From contig JBHLLF010000006.1 of assembly GCA_048885865.1 (NCBI GenBank), forward strand, positions 1-64,000: 64,000 bases of DNA. Reading direction: 5' to 3'. The position numbers and the translations under genes were made by a program. The notes under the pieces were generated by a model that saw only the letters and a program-made list of their open reading frames with translations, did not search any database and was not told the origin of the DNA. Shown one piece after another: positions 58,746 to 64,000 of this stretch. Position 1 is the first letter of the stretch. Each line of letters starts with the position of its first letter. Origin of the DNA: Candidatus Hermodarchaeota archaeon (lineage in GTDB: Archaea; Asgardarchaeota; Thorarchaeia; Thorarchaeales; Thorarchaeaceae).

Positions 58746-59969
58746 TTGGCCACGATCATGATAATGCAGAGAATGAGTGTCGCAATGGAGTACGGTGTGA
58801 TACTCAAGTGGTTGAAGAACGAGGGCGACAATGTCAAGAAAGGCGAACCAGTTGTCGAAATATTCGGTGAGAAGAACGAGTTTGAACTAGAGAGCCCTGC
58901 TGATGGCCTTCTATTGAAAATACTCTGCGAAGTGAATGATGAGATACCAATCAGTGAGCCAATAGCAATCATTGGTGAGAAAGGAGAAGATATTCCCGAT
59001 GTCAAACCAAAGAAACTGACAGAAACTATTGCAACTGCTCCTACTCCTGCACCAGCTCCAGCTATTGTAACTTCAGTCCAGACAGCCCCGATCACAAAGC
59101 CGGTTCAAACAAGTACACTTCCAAGCGGAAAAATCAAGGCATCACCGAGAGCCAAGAAGCTGGCAAAGGAAAAAGGACTAGACCTCGCATTGATTGTGGG
59201 GAGTGGACCTGAAGGCAGGATAGTCGAGAAGGATATCATGGAATACAAAAGCATTCCTTTTGCCGCTGAGGATGACCGAAAGGTAAGAAAGGTAGAACCA
59301 CTCTCACCCTTGAGAAGAACAATAGCTCGTCGGATGACAGAGAGCTATCAAAGACCCCATATCACCATGATTACCGAGATTGATATGACGGAAGCAGTCG
59401 AGCTGAGGAATGATATCAATAAACGGAATGAGAAGAGGCTGGGATTCAGGGTTTCCTTCAATGATATCATCGTGAAGGCGGTGGCGGACATCCTTGAGAG
59501 GTTCCCAAAGTTCAACGCTACACTCTCAGGGAATGAACTCCATATGTTCGAGGATGTCAACATTGGGGTGGCAATGGCTACAGAAACAGGCCTGATTGTT
59601 CCAACCGTGAGAGGAGCCAACAAGAAATCGATCACAGAGATTGCTCAAGAAACCAAAGATATGGGTAGGAGAGCGAAGACAAATGACCTAACGCCTGAAG
59701 AGCTGACAGGCAGTACATTTACCGTTTCAAACCTGGGTCCATTTCAAGTCGACTTGTTCATCCCAGTCATAAATCCTCCAGAAACCGCCATTCTTGCTCT
59801 CGGCCAGATTAAGAAAAAACCAGTCGTTGTTGATGATCAGATAGTCATCCGTTCTACAATGATGGCAAGTTGTGCGGTCGACCATAGGGTGCTCGATGGC
59901 GCTCCTGCAGGCCAATTTCTCTTGGCACTGAAGGAGTACCTTGAAAGCCCTTACTTCATGAAAGTCTGA
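58746..59969 (+). CDS. acoC: Dihydrolipoamide acyltransferase (E2)
   Basis: Lipoyl domain (WLKNEGDNVKKGEP...GEKNE), Pro/Ala linker, E3-binding ASPRAKKLA...GSGPEGRI, catalytic DHRVLDG. TTG start after GAGGTG. Confidence 0.9.
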   Translation: MATIMIMQRMSVAMEYGVILKWLKNEGDNVKKGEPVVEIFGEKNEFELESPADGLLLKILCEVNDEIPISEPIAIIGEKGEDIPDVKPKKLTETIATAPTPAPAPAIVTSVQTAPITKPVQTSTLPSGKIKASPRAKKLAKEKGLDLALIVGSGPEGRIVEKDIMEYKSIPFAAEDDRKVRKVEPLSPLRRTIARRMTESYQRPHITMITEIDMTEAVELRNDINKRNEKRLGFRVSFNDIIVKAVADILERFPKFNATLSGNELHMFEDVNIGVAMATETGLIVPTVRGANKKSITEIAQETKDMGRRAKTNDLTPEELTGSTFTVSNLGPFQVDLFIPVINPPETAILALGQIKKKPVVVDDQIVIRSTMMASCAVDHRVLDGAPAGQFLLALKEYLESPYFMKV

Positions 59970-60047
59970 AATCCGTATCCAATCCGCCTAGCGCTAGAAC
60001 AAAGGATTATGTGCATATTCTTCCGAGTCCTAAATAGTGGAGAAGGG

Positions 60048-60356
60048 ATGATTCAATCAAAGCGATGCCCTAAATGTGGAAACAACAGAATTGCAGGACC
60101 TCACAGGATCTATGGTCAACATCACGTAAGAATTGACTTGCCAGGGCTTTCTACTGCGACTCTAGAAGCTTTCACCTGTGCAGACTGTGGCTATACTGAA
60201 CTTTACAGTGATGCTATGGGCCTCAGGAATATACGCAATGTTGGTCGGTTTGTCCTAACCAAGCCAAGCCAACCTATTGCTCGTTGCAGGCAATGTGGCG
60301 CATACATAAGGCCAGGAGATAGCTATTGTCTAGAATGCGGAACTTCCCTCGGCTAG
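60048..60356 (+). CDS. Double zinc-ribbon protein
   Basis: CPKC, CADCGYTELY, CRQC and CLEC. Confidence 0.8.
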   Translation: MIQSKRCPKCGNNRIAGPHRIYGQHHVRIDLPGLSTATLEAFTCADCGYTELYSDAMGLRNIRNVGRFVLTKPSQPIARCRQCGAYIRPGDSYCLECGTSLG

Positions 60357-60381
60357 AGGATTCCAGCTGAGAAATATGTAC

Positions 60382-60593
60382 GGGCTTAAATTGGCCCACC
60401 GGAGGTCTATATTGACGCAGCATTCCCTCCTGCGTCATGCCTCGAAAATACGACATCTGCTCTATAACCTCGACTCTGCTCCGAGGTTATCAGCTGGTGA
60501 CGGACCTGATTCTGTCACCAGCATTCCCCCTTGCACTTTCTCATCGCACATGTCTTGTACCTCAAGGTTTAATGTGAAGACCTACCTAGTCCG
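60382..60593. ncRNA. Candidate structured RNA / multi-hairpin element upstream of lplA
   Basis: Three perfect 8-9 bp hairpins (60413-60437, 60464-60490, 60493-60522), a short one (60382-60397) and possible closing stems. Confidence 0.4.
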
Positions 60594-60626
60594 ATTGAAT
60601 TTCGTGCCAAATTAGGAGATTACTCA

Positions 60627-61436
60627 ATGTCATGGAGGCTTCTTGAGGATGGCGAGGTAGACATACATCGTAATCTCGCTCTCGAGGAAGCACTCGCGGT
60701 TGTGAATTCCGAATCACAATCAAAAATGAACACACTACGGTTATGGCGAGCTATGCATGCAGTTGTAATTGGCAGGTTTCAGTGTGTCCATAAGGAGGTG
60801 GACATCAACTACTGTAGGCAGACCGGGATTGCCATTGCTCGACGATTCACTGGGGGAGGTGCAGTCTTTCACGATATGGGTAACCTGAATTTCACCCTCT
60901 GTATGGATCAAAAGCAGGCCTATGTTGGAAAGACACTCCCAACTCTCTATCGTAACTTCATAGGTGCAATTGCAGGAGGATTAGCTGATATTGGAGTGCC
61001 AGCTCAATTTGACAAAGAAAGATCCTGCATTCGAATTGGCAAGAAGAAGATTACTGGTACAGCAGGATGGATAAAGCGAGGCATTTCATTCATTCATGGT
61101 ACGTTACTCATCAACTCAAATCTAGATCATCTTAGAAGAAGTCTCAATGCCCCTACAGACCAACCTCAATACATCCGTGATAAGAGGAGAATAAGATGCA
61201 TGGAGAGTAAACGGGATACGGTGACTTCGATCACAGAGGCCCTATCCAAGCCTCCTTCTGATAGAGAGATAATCAACGCAATCATAGAGAGTATTCAAGC
61301 ATTCACAAGGGCACGCATTGTCCCTGGTAGTCTGACTGACGAGGAGCAGACCACTGCGCATGCTTTATATCAGAGCCGCTACAGCCAGTCGGAGTGGAAC
61401 CTGGGGAGGTTATACCCAGAGTACAATTCGAGATGA
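60627..61436 (+). CDS. lplA: Lipoate--protein ligase family, catalytic domain only
   Basis: NLALEEAL, VVIGRFQ, RRFTGGGAVFHDMGNLN, KKITGTA and HGTLL; ends shortly after EWNLGR, so it lacks the C-terminal domain. Confidence 0.9.
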   Translation: MSWRLLEDGEVDIHRNLALEEALAVVNSESQSKMNTLRLWRAMHAVVIGRFQCVHKEVDINYCRQTGIAIARRFTGGGAVFHDMGNLNFTLCMDQKQAYVGKTLPTLYRNFIGAIAGGLADIGVPAQFDKERSCIRIGKKKITGTAGWIKRGISFIHGTLLINSNLDHLRRSLNAPTDQPQYIRDKRRIRCMESKRDTVTSITEALSKPPSDREIINAIIESIQAFTRARIVPGSLTDEEQTTAHALYQSRYSQSEWNLGRLYPEYNSR

Positions 61437-61783
61437 AAGAAATGGAAGATGTCGAAAAGACCCTCAAGACCTTTCAAAGACACTTTGGAGCTCTGAACAG
61501 GGATATTCCAGAAACTAGGAACGCATACACTGATCTTCTAAAAACCGTACACAAAGATGGTGCGCTGCCTGCGAAATTCAAAGAGATCATCTGTATCGTG
61601 GCTGCTATCCTATCTCCATGTGAGTCATGCATGGTATATCATACTAAGCAGGCAATATCAGCTGGAGCAACCAGAGATGAGATAATGGAAGCAGCAGCTG
61701 TGGCTATTGTAATGGGAGGAGGCCCTGCTGCGGCTCATATCGCAACTGTGCAGGATGCTCTAGATAAGTGGGCTCCTAGGTAG
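61433..61783 (+). CDS. Carboxymuconolactone decarboxylase / AhpD-like CxxC protein
   Basis: GALPAKFKEII...PCESCMVYH...AGATRDEIMEA; ATGA overlap with the lplA stop. Confidence 0.88.
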   Translation: MKEMEDVEKTLKTFQRHFGALNRDIPETRNAYTDLLKTVHKDGALPAKFKEIICIVAAILSPCESCMVYHTKQAISAGATRDEIMEAAAVAIVMGGGPAAAHIATVQDALDKWAPR

Positions 61784-61787
61784 TAGA

Positions 61788-62129
61788 CTAGGGAAAATCA
61801 CGCACGCAGAGAAACTTAGCCGGCTGAGACCATGGATTGAGGAATTGATGCGGTTCATTTGCTGCGATATGAATCACATCACCGGGATTTAGCTTGAGTA
61901 GTTGCTCGCCAACTTTCACTTGCAGAATTCCACTAAGCACATAGACTCCATGTTCGTGCCGATGATTGTCAGGGGCTGAATGACCCCCTGATTCTATGAT
62001 GTACGTTCTCAGGGCAAATCTCGTTGAAGAATTCTCAGGACCTAGAAGACCCTTATTCCGGAATCCTTTCGCACCCTCTTTGGAATATTCCTCATATTCC
62101 TTTGGCGGCACATCACTTGTCAAATACAT
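61788..62129 (-). CDS. Cupin-domain protein
   Basis: HRHEHGVYVLSG...PGDVIHIAANEPHQF; start uncertain (ATG 62129 or TTG 62123). Confidence 0.85.
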   Translation of the reverse strand: MYLTSDVPPKEYEEYSKEGAKGFRNKGLLGPENSSTRFALRTYIIESGGHSAPDNHRHEHGVYVLSGILQVKVGEQLLKLNPGDVIHIAANEPHQFLNPWSQPAKFLCVRDFP

Positions 62130-62155
62130 CCAGTGAAACAACTCCCATCTTTTGA

Positions 62156-63205
62156 CTATTCGAGGTCTGTGAAGAGCACCTTGATAGCCTGTTGTGTTTC
62201 CATGAGGTTGAAACCATCCTCCCAATCATCAAGTGCAATCCTGTGTGTAATGAGTGAACTAACATCTATCTTCCTCGACCTCATTAGCCGCAATGTTGTG
62301 ACCCAAGATGACGGAAGTGTCCCCCAGGTCCCTGTCATAGTGAGCTCCTTCTCAATCATGGGATCAAGGTCAATCTCCATAGGCCTGCCCCTAACCCCCA
62401 CTAGTGAAACATGTCCTGCGACTTTGACGAAATCAAGAGACTGAGCGCATGCAACACACGCTCCGGATGCCTCTATCACGACATCCGCACCTAAACCGTT
62501 TGTATGGTTTCTTACAATTCCAACAGGGTCCATATCAGATTGAACATCGATAGTTAGATCAGCACCGGTCTTGCGTGCAATGTCGAATCGCCATTTGTCT
62601 GCCGTCACACCCGTTACAATTACCTGGCCAGCACCCATGGCTTTAGCAACTTGCACTGCAAGCAATCCCATAGTACCAGGACCTTGAACAACAACTGTGT
62701 CACCAGGACAGATTTTTGTGCTTTCAGCCACTGCATGAACAACGCACGCAGTAGGCTCAGCCAGTGCTGCCTCTTCTAGCGAAACACCCTCCGGCACAAT
62801 ATGGATTATGTACTCGGGTACAGTCAGATACTTTGCAAATGCCCCGTTTGCCAGAGAAACGCCAAGGATGCGCTTTCCTTCAGCAGTGCAACGGTTCATG
62901 TGTCCTGTCTTGCATTGGTAGCATCTGCCGCAATATGCAGTTGCTGGTGAAACAACTCTGTCGCCCACTTTGACATCTAATACATCAGGACCAATATCGA
63001 CAACAGTGCCGGAGTATTCATGACCTAGAATCACAGGCGGAGTGTAGAATGATTGATCATGCTTTATGTGAATGTCAGTTCCACAGATACCTGCAGCGGC
63101 TACTTCAATAAGGACTTCATCTCGCCCTGGCTTGGGTTCCTCAATTTCTCTGACCTCGAGATTTCCTACACCCCGGGATGTCTTCATGAGTCCTCTCATC
63201 TTCAT
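62156..63205 (-). CDS. Zn-dependent medium-chain alcohol/polyol dehydrogenase
   Basis: GICGTDIH, GHEYSG, structural CGRCYQC...C, EPTAC and GPGTMG. Confidence 0.93.
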   Translation of the reverse strand: MKMRGLMKTSRGVGNLEVREIEEPKPGRDEVLIEVAAAGICGTDIHIKHDQSFYTPPVILGHEYSGTVVDIGPDVLDVKVGDRVVSPATAYCGRCYQCKTGHMNRCTAEGKRILGVSLANGAFAKYLTVPEYIIHIVPEGVSLEEAALAEPTACVVHAVAESTKICPGDTVVVQGPGTMGLLAVQVAKAMGAGQVIVTGVTADKWRFDIARKTGADLTIDVQSDMDPVGIVRNHTNGLGADVVIEASGACVACAQSLDFVKVAGHVSLVGVRGRPMEIDLDPMIEKELTMTGTWGTLPSSWVTTLRLMRSRKIDVSSLITHRIALDDWEDGFNLMETQQAIKVLFTDLE

Positions 63206-63261
63206 AGACCTCAGGGGCGACTATCCTGCAGAACTATAGAATCTTGTGGCAAGTATAGGCG

Positions 63262-63552
63262 TCAGGTTTCTGATTCGGAATTGTTGCTTATGGCAGTAAA
63301 GAAAATGGCTGGTTCCTCCCCCTCATCAAGAGAGTGAACTTTGAATGTTGTACCATGCTCTGACCGCATTCGATTTGCAGTCTGAGCCCCGATGAACTTC
63401 TTTCTGACTCCCGAACGACGCCCTTTCCAGATGAATATGCTCTTGCTAACGTCATCGATGATGCAGTACACATTCTCGGATTCAAGTGAGTCTTTTGTAA
63501 CTTCGACTTCAATGGATGTGCCATCATCCTGCACTTGAAACCCATTGACCAT
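63262..63552 (-). CDS. Single-domain gelsolin-like protein (Asgard ESP)
   Basis: LESENVYCIIDD...IFIWKGRRSGVRKKFIGAQTANRMR...LDEGEEPAIF matches the gelsolin repeat pattern (IxIWxG...GxEPxxF). Start set at ATG 63552. Confidence 0.8.
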   Translation of the reverse strand: MVNGFQVQDDGTSIEVEVTKDSLESENVYCIIDDVSKSIFIWKGRRSGVRKKFIGAQTANRMRSEHGTTFKVHSLDEGEEPAIFFTAISNNSESET

Positions 63553-63604
63553 AGTTGCATGCCTCATTGTATACACGTTCGATGATTCAATACTTAAGAA
63601 AAGC

Positions 63605-63973
63605 TCAGACGCTTTCGAAGTTGGCTCGGACCGTCTCGCCGCAGTAGTTGCACCTTGCTTCTAGAGGGCCCGTCCAATCGATGTCCTCATGAGATAGTGA
63701 TGCATTGCAGGAAGGACACCTCTCAGGCAAGCGTACTGTTCGAATCTCAGTACCGTCGCTTCTTCTCCTGCCCCTGTGTCTATCAGGAATTACAAATGAT
63801 GGCGCCTCTGTTGTCCAACCTCTTGTTATCTGCGAGCTTGTTCTGCATGCATTTCTCATAACAGACACCATAACTATGCAGAATATGACTGGAACAAGAA
63901 TGAAGACTAGGGTGAGGGCACCGAAGACTTCCCAAAACACTCCGAAGATTGAATCAAAGATTCCAAATTGCAA
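63605..63973 (-). CDS. Membrane-anchored zinc-ribbon protein
   Basis: N-terminal TM (FGALTLVFILVPVIFCIVMV) and C-terminal CPSC...CNYC. Confidence 0.75.
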   Translation of the reverse strand: MQFGIFDSIFGVFWEVFGALTLVFILVPVIFCIVMVSVMRNACRTSSQITRGWTTEAPSFVIPDRHRGRRRSDGTEIRTVRLPERCPSCNASLSHEDIDWTGPLEARCNYCGETVRANFESV

Positions 63974-64000
63974 TATACTTCTCCTCTGATAGAGATTGGT

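Noticed and set aside
60490-60535. Cobalamin riboswitch (minus strand GGGAATGCTGGTG)
   Set aside because: Only the 5' seed resembles it. There is no T-loop, GCxACTG or B12 box, and no downstream minus-strand gene nearby.
60274-60615. ORFs 60376..60615 (+) and 60274..60456 (-)
   Set aside because: No recognisable motifs and atypical composition; they overlap the hairpin cluster or the zinc-ribbon gene.
1-64000. CRISPR arrays, tRNA/rRNA, transposases, integrases, defence islands
   Set aside because: No regularly spaced direct repeats, RNA-gene signatures or mobile-element proteins were recognised by eye. tRNAscan-SE or Infernal would be needed to exclude small RNAs.

Overview
This is a gene-dense archaeal chromosomal window of about 56 CDS. 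I found no rRNA, tRNA, CRISPR array or transposase. A single-domain gelsolin, longin/roadblock-like domains, fwdDBA, an F420-type LLM enzyme and giant Ig-repeat surface proteins together point to an Asgard archaeon, most likely Thorarchaeia (inference from gene content only). Metabolic genes include a methylmalonyl-CoA mutase operon (small subunit, meaB, large subunit, epimerase), a second mutase large subunit with isobutyryl-CoA-mutase-type residues, CobO, a GctAB-type CoA transferase, an FAD oxidoreductase paired with an HdrD/GlpC-like protein, fwdDBA without fwdC, and an acetoin/2-oxoacid dehydrogenase E1a-E1b-E2 set without E3 followed by lplA and an AhpD-like gene. The most striking items are: (1) a 2506-aa protein with a signal peptide, two FG-GAP-like propellers, about 12 Ig-like repeats, seven predicted TM helices and an acidic tail, i.e. 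an adhesion-GPCR-like topology; (2) a divergently oriented 1552-aa single-pass Ig-repeat protein with a cytoplasmic longin-like domain; (3) an RNase HIII / DUF72 (with PIP box) / SRAP repair neighbourhood; (4) two structured intergenic elements; (5) an unannotated 50-aa zinc-finger microprotein. All family calls come from motif recognition by eye; no database searches were run.
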